Positions 40,015-52,259 of a stretch of DNA of 61,911 bases are shown in pieces. A model generated the notes under the pieces. It had not been told where the DNA came from and ran no database searches. It saw only the letters and a list, made by a program, of their open reading frames with translations. Position numbers and translations under genes: made by a program. The DNA lies in assembly GCF_001194135.2 (NCBI RefSeq), contig NC_068982.1, forward strand, positions 103,686,830 through 103,748,740. The letters are read 5' to 3'. The stretch is from Octopus bimaculoides. Lineage: Eukaryota. The stretch's first letter is position 1; the number at the start of each line of letters is the position of its first letter.

Positions 40015-40799
40015 ATACATATATATATACATATATGTATACATACACACACATAATTTTTTATATATATATATATATANNNNNNNNNNNNNNNNNNNNN
40101 NNNNNNNNNNNNNNNNNNNNNNNNNNNNNNNNNNNNNNNNNNNNNNNNNNNNNNNNNNNNNNNNNNNNNNNNNNNNNNNNNNNNNNNNNNNNNNNNNNNN
40201 NNNNNNNNNNNNNNNNNNNNNNNNNNNNNNNNNNNNNNNNNNNNNNNNNNNNNNNNNNNNNNNNNNNNNNNNNNNNNNNNNNNNNNNNNNNNNNNNNNNN
40301 NNNNNNNNNNNNNNNNNNNNNNNNNNNNNNNNNNNNNNNNNNNNNNNNNNNNNNNNNNNNNNNNNNNNNNNNNNNNNNNNNNNNNNNNNNNNNNNNNNNN
40401 NNNNNNNNNNNNNNNNNNNNNNNNNNNNNNNNNNNNNNNNNNNNNNNNNNNNNNNNNNNNNNNNNNNNNNNNNNNNNNNNNNNNNNNNNNNNNNNNNNNN
40501 NNNNNNNNNNNNNNNNNNNNNNNNNNNNNNNNNNNNNNNNNNNNNNNNNNNNNNNNNNNNNNNNNNNNNNNNNNNNNNNNNNNNNNNNNNNNNNNNNNNN
40601 NNNNNNNNNNNNNTATATATATAATATAATATAATATGATATAATATAATATAATATAATATAATATAATATAACATAATAGTCGACTCTCCCGTAGAAC
40701 GACCTGCACAATTTATTTATAGTGATTAAATGTGTGTGCTGTACATTAGATCACTCTTTTCATCAAATCGTTTCTTAACGATTTGTGCACCTGAACAGG

Positions 40800-40935
40800 T
40801 GCACATTTTACCACGTGACATGTGTCGAAGTGATTGCAGAACAACGTGAGGTGAAATGTTTTGCTCAAGAACACAACGCACCACCCGGTCTAGGAATGCA
40901 ACACGATCTTGAATGCAACATCCAAACCAATAGGC
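40800..40935 (-). mobile_element. Diverged SINE head fragment
   Basis: Plus-strand GAAATGTTTTGCTCAAGAACACAACGCACC resembles the reverse complement of the 51249 and 52545 SINE cores. Confidence 0.45.
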
Positions 40936-41050
40936 CATGCATATATGTGTGTGTATGTGTGTGTGTGTGTTTATACACACACGCACACAAATATATACAA
41001 ATATACATACATACATATATATATATATATGTATATATACACATATATAT

Positions 41051-41966
41051 ATATAAATAATATATGAGTATATGCATATATACGTACATGTATGTACATA
41101 CCTACATCTACATGTATATATAGATGCATATCTGAGTACAGGACGTTGCAAAAAAAAAAACGTGGACAAAATGATAAACAGAGTACAGAAAACACACAGG
41201 CCACATAGAGAACATTTCCTTCATCAGCTGCCACCATTCTAAAACTAAGCGTTTCGAAGAGTTAGGACAGGACGCATTTTTAGAATGGCTCTTCCCACGG
41301 ACCACAAATTAAATTTGTACCGTAGAGGAATGTAGTGGCGGACAGAAAACAAGACAGGAAAACAAAAGAACGAAAATAAACAAGAAAGACTATACGGCCA
41401 GACGTGAAAAAATATGTGTATACTGAACACTGTGAAGCAACGAACTGGAAGGAAGAGAGACGAAGCTTGGCGATGGCCAAGATAAGAAAGGAAGTAGTAG
41501 CCTGACACATGTGACCAGCGAGGGGTAAGGAGAAAGAGTGGTAGAGGGAGAAAAAGGGGAGGAAGTAGAAAATAGGTGAGCAACGAGAGATAGGGAGGAA
41601 GAGAGAGAGAGATATAGTAGTGAAGGGGAGAGGCGAAGAACAACAGAAGGAAGAACGAGAGGAGGAGACAGATACAATGATACAAAGAAAGATAGAGTCG
41701 CGTCAGAAAAATAAAGTTGAAACTTACTTGCAAGGATGACGCGTGCGTTCGATCATGAAATATAAATAATATATGAGTATATGCATATATACGTACATAT
41801 ATGTACCTACATCTACATGTATATATAGATGCATATCTGGGTACAGGACGTTGCAAAAAAAACGTGAACAAAATGATAAACAGAGTACAGAAAACACACA
41901 GGCCACATAGAGAACATTTCCTTCATCAGCTGCCACCATTCTAAAACTAAGCGTTTCGAAGAGTTA
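41051..41966 (-). mobile_element. Non-coding element with about 210-bp direct terminal repeats (pLTR or retrozyme-like layout)
   Basis: 41051-41264 and 41760-41966 are near-identical direct repeats (period about 702-709 bp) around a purine/pyrimidine-skewed spacer of about 495 bp. The repeats contain CTGATGA and GAAAC on the minus strand. Confidence 0.6.
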
Positions 41967-42797
41967 TATATATATATTATTCAAAGGAATTCCACATCTG
42001 TCTGTTTTTTATGTTTTATTTATATTCTTATAATATTAATTTGGGATATAGAATATATAATATATTCAGTAAAATGAAATGAAGTATTGATTGTCTTATG
42101 GAATAACCGAAATATTGAATATTGAATATTAAATATTAAGTATTGAAAATTAAGGGTCTAGTATACTTTCTTGCATTTTAGCAGTCTTCAAGGTCCCACG
42201 CTGTGACAGGAGTGTTGACATATATTTGTATATATATATATATNNNNNNNNNNNNNNNNNNNNNNNNNNNNNNNNNNNNNNNNNNNNNNNNNNNNNNNNN
42301 NNNNNNNNNNNNNNNNNNNNNNNNNNNNNNNNNNNNNNNNNNNNNNNNNNNNNNNNNNNNNNNNNNNNNNNNNNNNNNNNNNNNNNNNNNNNNNNNNNNN
42401 NNNNNNNNNNNNNNNNNNNNNNNNNNNNNNNNNNNNNNNNNNNNNNNNNNNNNNNNNNNNNNNNNNNNNNNNNNNNNNNNNNNNNNNNNNNNNNNNNNNN
42501 NNNNNNNNNNNNNNNNNNNNNNNNNNNNNNNNNNNNNNNNNNNNNNNNNNNNNNNNNNNNNNNNNNNNNNNNNNNNNNNNNNNNNNNNNNNNNNNNNNTA
42601 TATATATATATATATATATCAGTGGCGACTCCGGCACTCGGGCTGTTCGGGTTTAGCTAGAGTATAACTTTAGTAAATGAACGTGTATTTGCAAGCTGAT
42701 TTAATTTGTGCCAACACTAATTTGAAGTATGTAATTGCAGCCAATAACTCTGGCTCCTTTTATTGAGCCTGGTTGCAGTTCATTTATTTTTGTTCAG

Positions 42798-42883
42798 CGT
42801 CTGGCGCTCGTCTTCGAAGTGTACTGTGTCAAGAAATATCATTCGTAGCGGACGTTCCCTCGACATCGTTCACACGCGCCTGT
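42798..42883 (+). CDS. Candidate exon (weak)
   Basis: Acceptor TCATTTATTTTTGTTCAG|, CpG-rich body, donor |GTATGT. No recognised product. Confidence 0.2.
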
Positions 42884-43568
42884 GTATGTGTATGCACGCG
42901 TATATATAGTAAAGGAAATTGGATTTGATCTGCTTACCATATGGAATTATCAACCAAACAGTTTTACTTACATACCTTGTCATTAGGGTAATTATCGTTA
43001 AAAGTCCTAGATTTACTTTTACAAACGGTTATCTCACGCTGCAAAATTATATTTTTCGATTTAGTGTTGTTGTTCGAACTAAAATTTATATTGTTATTAC
43101 CATTATGATGTGTTTTCATGTCCTGATTAATAAGAGGTAGAATTAATGTCAATAGGGTTAATATAGGTAATTTTTTTCTTTATAACCTGCCTTCAGTAAG
43201 GCAGAGTTATAAAATTCGGCTTTATCGCTGAAGATATCAACATTGGCAGATAATCTAGAAAGTCTAAGCGAAATATTTCTAACTAAATTCCTTGTAATAG
43301 CTTTTGAATGATTACTGAAAGAGCTAATATATTATAAATTAGTTGAGGGTTTATGGTATGGGAAATATGAATCATTATATAAGTTGGCTTTAGTTATATC
43401 ATCATCGAAAACAATGCTTAAGCCCACGCTTCAGAAAAATTTAACCAACCATTTTTAACCTTTTGTAATTTTTGGTTAGAAACATTTTGAAGGTAGAGTA
43501 GACAATCATCACGATATAAACCTCCATTGATGTTTAAAATTTGACCTTTAACTGTCTTCTTACATTTC

Positions 43569-43671
43569 ATTTCCACTACATATATCTATTTCCACTACAT
43601 ATATCTATTTCCACTACATATATCTATTTCCACTACATATATCTATTTCCACTACATATATCTATTTCCAC
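43569..43671. repeat. 19-bp minisatellite (ATTTCCACTACATATATCT) x5.4
   Basis: Directly visible perfect units. Confidence 0.95.
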
Positions 43672-44204
43672 GCTTTTAAGCTTTATTCCTATTTATCTAT
43701 CTCACTATATTTCTCCACTCTTAATTTTCTGTTAATTTCTTTCTTTTTCCATCCTTCTCTTTCTCTAAATTGCCTTTGACGTTAACTCTTTTAACAGTTT
43801 TTAAAAAATAACTTGCCAGCGTTCCCCTTCATCATATACATGGTAATCACATTCAGCTAAAATGGCTTATTGATGTCTCTCTTTTTTTCCCTGACGTGAT
43901 GATTGCTTTGTTTGACATTTTATTGCATCCGGAATAATATCAATGTTTTCTTCGAAACATATGTCGGAAGTATAAAGATTTGAATAACACCTGCGTTTAA
44001 CTCCATTTCTTAATTTATATATATATAATCATTCATTTAGCTTCATTCTTTTATTTGGACAAATATACTGATGCACATAATCCACACCATGTAAATATTC
44101 TACTTGGTTCCATCCCTATCCTCATCGATATGTAAAAACTCACACACATGCATAGTCACACATATGCACACACTTATGGAAATAAATAAATAAAAAATTG
44201 TTTT

Positions 44205-44412
44205 AAATTTTGGTACGAGACTAGCAATTTTGAGGGAGGGGGTTTAGTCTATACCAGCGCTTCCAGTACTTCATTAATACTTTAATTTATCGACCACAGA
44301 GGGGTGAAAGGCAAAGTTAAACGCGGCAGAAATCAGAACGTAAAGAGCTAGTAAAAATATTGCAAGTTATTGTGTTTGACGCTCCAGTGATTCTGTCAAT
44401 TCGGAGCACCGA
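44205..44412 (-). mobile_element. SINE family 2, diverged
   Basis: Reverse complement of the family-2 tail, core and head. Confidence 0.7.
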
Positions 44413-44421
44413 AATAAAAAT

Positions 44422-44474
44422 GAACGGGCGCAGCACTGACGAACCTCAAGAAAGGTGAAATGTATCTGTCGTTC
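44422..44474 (+). ncRNA. Minimal type-I hammerhead ribozyme candidate
   Basis: CUGACGA at 44436-44442; stem II ACCU/AGGU with loop CAAGAA; GAAA at 44457-44460; short stem III AU/AU; AUC triplet with predicted cleavage after 44466; bulged stem I (GCA/UGU plus GAACG/CGUUC). Confidence 0.55.
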
Positions 44475-45474
44475 TTGTGTGTTACTGAAGTGATGATGTT
44501 CGTCTCGCGCCAATATGTACTGTGTTTTTAACATAGCAAGTTTATGAAATTTTTTTACCTGAAACAAATACACAACATCAAGCCCTCTAACTGTAGGTAT
44601 ACATTTACGATGATACTCAGATGGCGATTTTAATCTAATGCTGTTTCATTACTAAGGAAGACAGCATATTTGACACTTAACCCTCAGAAGCCAATAAACA
44701 AGGCGACAAAGAAAACAAGTGCAACAAAGTTTCTAATTTAAGTTTAGCACAGGGACAAATTGACACGACAATATAGAAGGTTCATGATATCAAGCTGTAT
44801 TTAAATGACACCGTGTGTTATAGAATTACGTTAAAATGCCAGTAGTCAAGTTGTTCATTAAGCTATTATTGACAGAAAATGTTACTGCACTGAAAATACC
44901 AAGAACAAAATTAAAATAGCCACAAAGGATCGGTAGCATATTTGTGAATATGCAAAGCGGAAAAATGTCGATTAAATGCTAAAGTGAAAAAAAACGCCCA
45001 ATACTACCACTCCTTCGAAACAGCAAGCGAAATGTTTAATATCTTAAGGAAATACCAGAAATAGATATATCAGTTTGAAATAGATACAGTAGAGATACAG
45101 TAATGTACTGATAGGATGAGTGTAACATAGCAACAGGTTAACACATAAAACAACGATCACAACATCGCTAGGGTTCCATAATTCCCGGAAACACCGTAAC
45201 AGTAAACAAAGTAACAAGGTATAATAACTGAAAATAAAATATCTGTAATTTGATTTTGGTGGAGATATTTCAAATGGTGGACAAGCGATCTTTCATAATC
45301 TATGCAATTTGTCTATATTAAGTGATGGAAGAAAATCTCTGTAAAAATCTAAAAGGAAATATGATCGTTGCTATTTACAAATGCGATTATTGTTGCGACT
45401 ATTGAGAAAACCATGGCATTTTCACGTTGCTGTCTAATTATAAGGTACTAAATCGATGCGGCATTATTTTGTAG

Positions 45475-45541
45475 GTGCGATTATTATCACTGTGCAACCC
45501 ATTTACACGTCTGAATTTGGTTTGCATGACAGAGCTGCGAT
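45475..45541 (+). CDS. Candidate exon (weak)
   Basis: Acceptor CATTATTTTGTAG| and donor |GTGAGT; one open frame reads AIIITVQPIYTSEFGLHDRAA. Confidence 0.22.
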
Positions 45542-46501
45542 GTGAGTGAATGAAAATCGCACGGAACAAGGAAATATATAAAGAAATACTGGTTATTTCA
45601 AAGGGAAGCAGATTATTCACTCCCTGGCAGTGATGCAAATTAGAGATTTTGATATGGGTAAATATGAGAAAATCAAAATAAACGAATTGTTTACGTGAAT
45701 ATATGATAGCTTTGGAAAACGGTAATGTAGCAAATCACAAAAACGCAAACCTTTGTACTAGGCAGAATAATTGACTACTTATACGGAAACATTATTGAGG
45801 CCGTATATAGGATGGAAAAAAAATCTAGAATACGCATGAAATATTGATTGGAAAAAATTACGGTGAAAGATAAGAGTAGATCAGGTGGTTTCGGGTGATA
45901 TATATCAAATATGAGTAAGTCGATGTAAAAAGAAAGCGAGAAGGTACCACAATACCTAGATGCTATTAGTTAGAATAAAGGAAGAGAAAAAGAAAAAGAA
46001 TTGTAAGGAGCTAAAATGTTATCTTAGAGTCGTAATAAGACTCTTGCGAGGTGAAGTTACCGCTCGGTTTCAATTCTCAGTTGCAATTGTTTCTTCTAAA
46101 CTTGTATTTCTAATTACCTTGTCAAAGAAATAAACACCACCTCTTGTTTCTGCCGACCTGAAAGTCAGTAGCTCACATTGTCACTGACAATATGCGTATA
46201 TGTGTGTTAATGTTAAAAAAAAAAAGGAAAAAAAGTGGGAGGGGAATACCTTAATATCGAAACGCTGCTAGCAGTTGTTAGAAGAAAGGGAGAGAGGCTA
46301 AAGAGAAAAATAATTACAAATATGGATATAAAATGATATCTTAGAGCAGCAGAAGCACTCTTGGCGAAATTACGAAATGGTTCCAACGATCATCTGTAGC
46401 AAGTTTTACTTATTACTAACTTGTCAAAGAAATAACAATCAGATCTAGTTTCTATCTTCCCAAACAACAATAGTCCTCGTCAACAAGCAGTTGATTGTAG
46501 T

Positions 46502-46707
46502 AACCATCTGAAGAAAGGAACCAAAATTAATGTAGACAGAACTATCGTTCTGACCACACTCTTGTACGGCTTAGAGTCGTTGGTCAGCTATCGGTATCAT
46601 CTATGACTCTTTGAGCGATTCCATCCGCGCTGCCCTCGCATCATCCTAAGCATCCACTAGAGTAATTTTGTTACTAACGTCGAGGTCCTAGAACAGGCGA
46701 AGATCTC
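46502..46707 (+). mobile_element. RTE/BovB-like LINE internal fragment
   Basis: NHLKKGTKINVDRTIVLTTLLYGLESLVSYRYHL*LFERFHPRCPRIILSIH*SNFVTNVEVLEQAKI. Confidence 0.85.
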
Positions 46708-46978
46708 TTCTGATCATTGGAAGGACAAACGTCCTTCACCTTTGTTGAGACTTGTCACCGACCTTCACCTATCTGTCACCTGTTTAAACTTTCTTGTAAG
46801 TAACGACTGATGTATTTCGCCTTTCTTGACGTTCTAATTTCTCTTTAAGTTCTGATTTCTACTTCGGTCAAATTTGCCTTTCATCCGTTCGGGATTGATA
46901 AGAGTACAAATAAAGTTGAAGGTATTGACTAAGTCTCTTCTTTTAAAATTGCTAGCCCCGTACCAAAATTTAAAACTA

Positions 46979-47027
46979 TATTACGCTGATGAGTTCTAAT
47001 TGAGATTGAAACACTGTCATTAATAAA
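46979..47027 (+). ncRNA. Degenerate minimal hammerhead motif followed by AATAAA (Penelope-type terminal relic)
   Basis: CTGATGA at 46986-46992, GAAAC at 47008-47012, GTC at 47016-47018, AATAAA at 47022-47027. Stems I and II carry core-proximal mismatches. Confidence 0.4.
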
Positions 47028-47097
47028 GAATCTTGTGAATTCAATTTGTTGCTTCTCTTGTTTGTTTGACGCGCGCACGCACACACACACACATATA

Positions 47098-48356
47098 TAG
47101 GGTACGGTGAATAAATTGTCGTCTAAATTACGCAAAAAGGAAAATAACACTGACAACTCATTTTAACAGATATATTTACCAAAGTTACATAAAAATATCT
47201 TGATATACTAAAGAGTAAATTTATTCAATAAAATCGCCATTGGTTTCAATCACTGCCTCTAGATGACTTCAGAATCTCCTGCACTTCTTCTGGACGGTCT
47301 CCTTGTTGAAGTTGGTGAATACTGCCATAATCCTTGCCTTCAGGTCATCTTTCGTGTTACAAGGAGTTTTGTTGGTCTCTCGCTCAACCCCACACATAAT
47401 AATCAAGAGAGTTGCAGTCTGGGGAGTTAGTTGGCCAGATGTTAGGGGTGATGTGGTCGTAGAAATTGTCTGACAGCCATGACTGGGTTCTCCTACTTGT
47501 GTTGCATGGTGCAAAGTCCTGTTGCCATACATAGGGTCTTCCAGTAACCACCCTCTTCACCCAGGGCAGCACTACCTCCTCGAAGCACTTGATGTAGGCC
47601 TCCGTGTTTAATCTGAGGTCGTGTGGGAAGATGAATGTAGGCATAACGTCACCATCGCTAGTGATCACTCTAAACACCATGATGTTGACTGGATGTTTGA
47701 TGTTTATCACTCTCGGTACATGTTTTGGGGACACGGCAAGCCAACGGTTGTTCTGTGTGTTTACCATCTGATCCTGGCAGAAACTTTTCTCGTCTGAGAA
47801 AGACCAAAGCATGTTCGGTTGGAGAGGTTGCTTGAGTTTGTTTTTCGTAGCGTGGTCTTTCCTCTTGTCCTTGATGGCTTGGGATAAAAATTGGCCCATT
47901 CTCATCTTGTATGAGAATATCTTTATGCACTACATGTCTGATAACAAACTCAGATACACCCATGCCCCTGGCAATGGACCTGATTGACTTGGAGGGATCG
48001 TTGTCAATCAGGGCCTGGATCTCACCAACAAATTCAGGAGTCCTCCCTTTATGAGAACGACTAGAGTGACTTTTCCGACTTGCCGTACCTTCGTAATCAC
48101 TATTAGACTCATCTAACTCTTTCCGAATCCTTTACACTGTCCTCAGATTGACACCCAAATACTCTGAAATGTCAGTACTGCAAAGTAGTACAACACGTCG
48201 TTTCCAAATTTCTAGCAGAGTGAATTGTGTCTTGGTCTGTTTTTTTCTCACAAACGGTGCCCGACTGATACTACCATACTGTGTAGTCGATGAAAAAAAA
48301 ATGTCCATGCGCGAAATAAAAATACAAAATAGCGACAATTTACCCATCGCACTGTG
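47098..48356 (-). mobile_element. Near full-length Tc1/mariner-superfamily transposon, DD37D (maT-type), inactivated
   Basis: FSDEK...QQD(37 aa)D in SPDCNSLDYYVWG; N-terminal HTH (ISEYLGVNLRTV*RIRK); degenerate TIRs of about 24 bp at 47098-47121 and 48333-48356; TA on the left; stops and frameshifts. Confidence 0.9.
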
Positions 48357-48925
48357 CATATTATATTATATATACAGACACACATATACACACACATTTA
48401 CAGTTTTACTTTTATATATTTCACCCACATGTAGTGGCCATACTGGAATACCGCTATGAGAGTTGAGTTGCTTCGAGCTCCGCTGTTGGTTTGACGCTAC
48501 GAGGCGACAATAACTGGAAGCAGTTGTCCAGTTTTGGACCATTGTCCGCAATTATGGTCGACACATAGTGCCAAATGCTCTGTATATGATCAATATGGTT
48601 TCCTATTTTTGTAGTAAATGGTCTCAGAATTCAACAAGCGAGTTGCTTGCATATTAGTAATATGAACTCAAAATGATGCATCATTACTGATGTGGATTCC
48701 CAGGTCATGCAACGATTGTGACTCTTTGATAGCGGAAAGCTTGAAATTTTTCAACAATGGACTGTATTCTTTTCTTCAATTGATTTTTATGCTGCGTTCA
48801 GGTCTTTCTGTAGTTTCGCATTAAAATCCGGAGGGTTAACTGTCTGTGATACTTTTGTATTGTCAGCAAAGCGGTGTATGTATGTATGTATGTATGTATG
48901 TATGTATGTATGTATGTATGTATGT

Positions 48926-49660
48926 TCTCAATCAGTTTCATTTCTGTATTTCTTGTCAATAGAGAAAAAGCCGGACTCTAACATAGATTCAAGGCTCCTT
49001 CATTGGAACTTTTATCAACATCATCTAGGTATTTGTGCATATGTGTGTGTGTGTGTGTGTGCAGTATTTGGTGTTAGTGTATGCGCAGATTTGTATGTTT
49101 GTTTTATGAATGCCTTTTGATGTATATATTTTCATGTCTAGGCGTATGCATATGTATTTATGCGCAGATTTGTATGTTTGTTTTATGGATGCGTTTTTAT
49201 GTATATATTTTCATGTCTAGATGCATGCATATGTATTTATGTGCTAAATTTTTGGAAAGTTTTACATATCTTTACAGTTCCATTGATGGCTTGAATCTGT
49301 AGTCTTCTAATCAGCCTTTTTCTTTCAGGTTTTGAGAACCCTAATTTTTCCAGGTTTTTGTTGAGGCAGTTCGTTACATATCCCAGTGCCCCAACAATCA
49401 CGGGTATGAATCTGAACTTGTAGACTGGGTGGAGTATCTGCAAATTTCTCAGTAGCTCGGCGTAGTTGTTCTCTTTTTCTCTAATCTTTAGTGTGATGTT
49501 GACGTCCGCAGGACAGCTGATTTCTACTACTGTACACAGTTTCTCTTCTCTGTCCCAGATTACTATATCCGGTCTATTATGTCTGCATTTTATTGAGGTT
49601 TTTATTGGGACATTCCACCAATACTCTTTCATATTGTGAGTGGTAATGGCCTCTACCTCA
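48926..49660 (-). mobile_element. R4/Dong-like non-LTR retrotransposon, 5'-truncated (RLE domain plus 3' UTR)
   Basis: ORF 49237-49632: YWWN.PIKT...HNRPDIVIWD...VEISCPAD.N...K..EK...Y...IPVIVGALG...KICKTFQKF. The UTR has a tandem duplication of about 75 bp. TACA/TGTA repeats on both flanks. Confidence 0.9.
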
Positions 49661-50504
49661 TTATGGGTTTATGTATGTATGTATGTGTGTTCACGCGTAT
49701 GCGTACGTATGTGTAGCAATGTCTTGTCAATGAAACCAACCTTATTCATTCAGTGAGTTTTGTGATGATTAATCATACTGTAAAATTTATACATATGTTA
49801 CTATGTGGGTTGTGATGGTGGAAGACTTGGCTAGCTACATCGATGAATGCATGTTGATTAACGATATAGTATGGTTATTTTTTATTGAAACCCTCAATGA
49901 CCAGAAAGGAAACGATTTATTGTTTTCAATATTACAGTTAGAATCTGAAATGCATTCGGGATAGAAAGGAATTGAGGTGAGAGTTGTGCTTTTGTGATTG
50001 TTTAGTTGGTGGCATTGACAAGCGATTAAGGAAACATGAGTATAGTAATTAAGGTTAGAAGAGTAGATGTCTAAGTTGGTAAACAGATGCAGAAAGCTGT
50101 GTTGTGTGAAAGTATAATTACTCTGAAGAAAATAGTTTTCTGAAATTGCCGAAAATTAATGAACTGATAATGTGCATTGTAACAAATACCGGTCCTGTCT
50201 TCTATTTCTTACTGTTAATAGCTCTAGCAACCATTTCGTTGATAACGCTATAAGTAGAAAGAAATGATTTATATAGTAACATCGACGACAATGGTTACAG
50301 CTATAACTACAACAATAACAACAACATATTTTATCAACATAAACAAAAGCTCCAGCATTTATAAATATGTAAAACATTCAGAAAATAGCATTACAAGGTA
50401 GTATACGCATATTACGAAGAGTACTGTCTATAAAAGTAAAACTCAACAAGGCTTGCAGAGCTGCACTCAGTAATGCAGTGAACGTTCTCAATAAATGCCA
50501 ACTA

Positions 50505-50542
<38 letters not shown>

Positions 50543-50555
50543 TAACAATAATAAT

Positions 50556-51007
50556 CTTTTCTACTATAAGTACAAAGCCTGAAATTTCGGGGGAGAGGAT
50601 TAGTTGATTACATCGACCCCAGCGTTTCACTGGTACTTAATTTATCAACACCGAAAGGATGAAAGGCAAAGTCGACCTCGGCAGGATTTGAACTCAGAAT
50701 ATAGCGACGGGCGAAATACCGTTAAGCATTTCGTCCGGCGCGCTAACGATTTTGCCAGCCTGCCGCCTTATTATTATTATTATTAATAATAATAATCCTT
50801 TCTACAATAGATACAAAGTCTGAAACTTTCGGGGAGGGGCCTAGTCGATTGCATTGACCCCAGTGTTTCACTAGTACTTAATTTATCGACCCCGAAAGGA
50901 TGAAAGGCAAAGTTGATCGCGGTTGAATTTCAACTCTGAACGAAAAGAGCCGGAAGTAATACCGCTATGCATTTTATCCGACGCTGACGTTACTGCCAGA
51001 TCGCCGA
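50556..51007 (-). mobile_element. Two tandem SINE family 2 copies (about 50556-50768 and 50797-51007) in AAT/ATT-rich tracts
   Basis: Each has the reverse complement of head, core and tail. Confidence 0.85.
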
Positions 51008-51248
51008 ATAACTATATGATAATAGAGTGCATACCAAAGAAATTGAGATATATCAGCACCTAAACGGAGAGATGAAGATATTGTGAGTGATAAAGGCGAC
51101 AATGATTCCAGTGGTTATTGGTGTACTTGGCACAAAATCTGAATTGTTACCCAAGAGGCTAAAAGGTGTTGGAATTGAGACTCGTATTGTCAATCATCTG
51201 TCTCATAGTAATAATAATTATCTTCGACATAGACACAAAGTCAATGAA

Positions 51249-51570
51249 GGCGCGTGGCTTAGTGGTTAGTGGGTATTCGGCTCACGATTGTAAGGTTGTG
51301 AATTCAATTCCCGGCGACACGTTGTGTCCTTCAGCAAGACACTTTATTTCGCGTTGCTCCAGTTCACTCAGCTGACAAAAATGTGTACTATCTGTATTTC
51401 AAAGGGCCAACCTTTTAGCATTCTGTGTCACGTTAAATATCCCCGAGAACTACACTAAGGGTAATCGCGTGTGTGAGTGCTCAGTCACATGCACGTTAAT
51501 TTCTCGAGCAGGCTGTTCCGTTGATCGGATCAACTGGAACCCTCGTCGTCGTAACCGACGAAATGCCAGT
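51249..51570 (+). mobile_element. SINE family 1b (different core, same 3' region as family 1)
   Basis: tRNA head, core TTGTGTCCTTCAGCAAGACACTTTATTTC, 3' region CCCGAGAACTAC...GGATCAACTGGAACCCTCG shared with family 1. Confidence 0.8.
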
Positions 51571-52259
51571 TAGGCACAAAGCCTCAAGGTTTGTTTTTTC
51601 TTTAATGAGTAGTGTATAGTCGATAATATTGATCTCTAATACTTGAATGATAGTTATTTTTATCGACCTCTGAAATATAAAAAGCGAAGTTGGACTCTGT
51701 GGGATTTGAACACAGAACGTAAAGAGTTGTAACTATATAATGATTTCTAACATAGGTGTGGTACTGAACTCGTTGATCATGGAAGAATAAAATGTAAAGT
51801 TGGTCCCGACGGGATTTGAATGTAGATCGTAGAGAGGAAATTAAACATTGTAAGGAATGTATTACTGATTTGGCCACTCCACGACAATAATATAAGATTA
51901 CTTACATTTGTACGAACCAGAAATGTGTAGGAGTCGGGTGTTGTCAAACAATTTGATCCCATACATGCAGAAATTAAATTTTAACACAACTGAAACAAAG
52001 GGACAATCCTTGGACTTATGATCTCAAGGGATGGATGGACGAAACTGAACGCTGCAAAATATTTAGTATGGCCCTGATGATAAAAATGTCAAAACTACAT
52101 TTTTGATTCGTCACTCTATCATTATATCAATAGTAATGAATATTTTTTTCTAAAATGGGTACAAGGATATCAATTTAGTGGAGTGGGGTAGAAAAAATCT
52201 GTTAATTGGATTTCAGCTCTTTTAACTGGTATTTTACTTTATCGACCTTTGAAGCAGAA

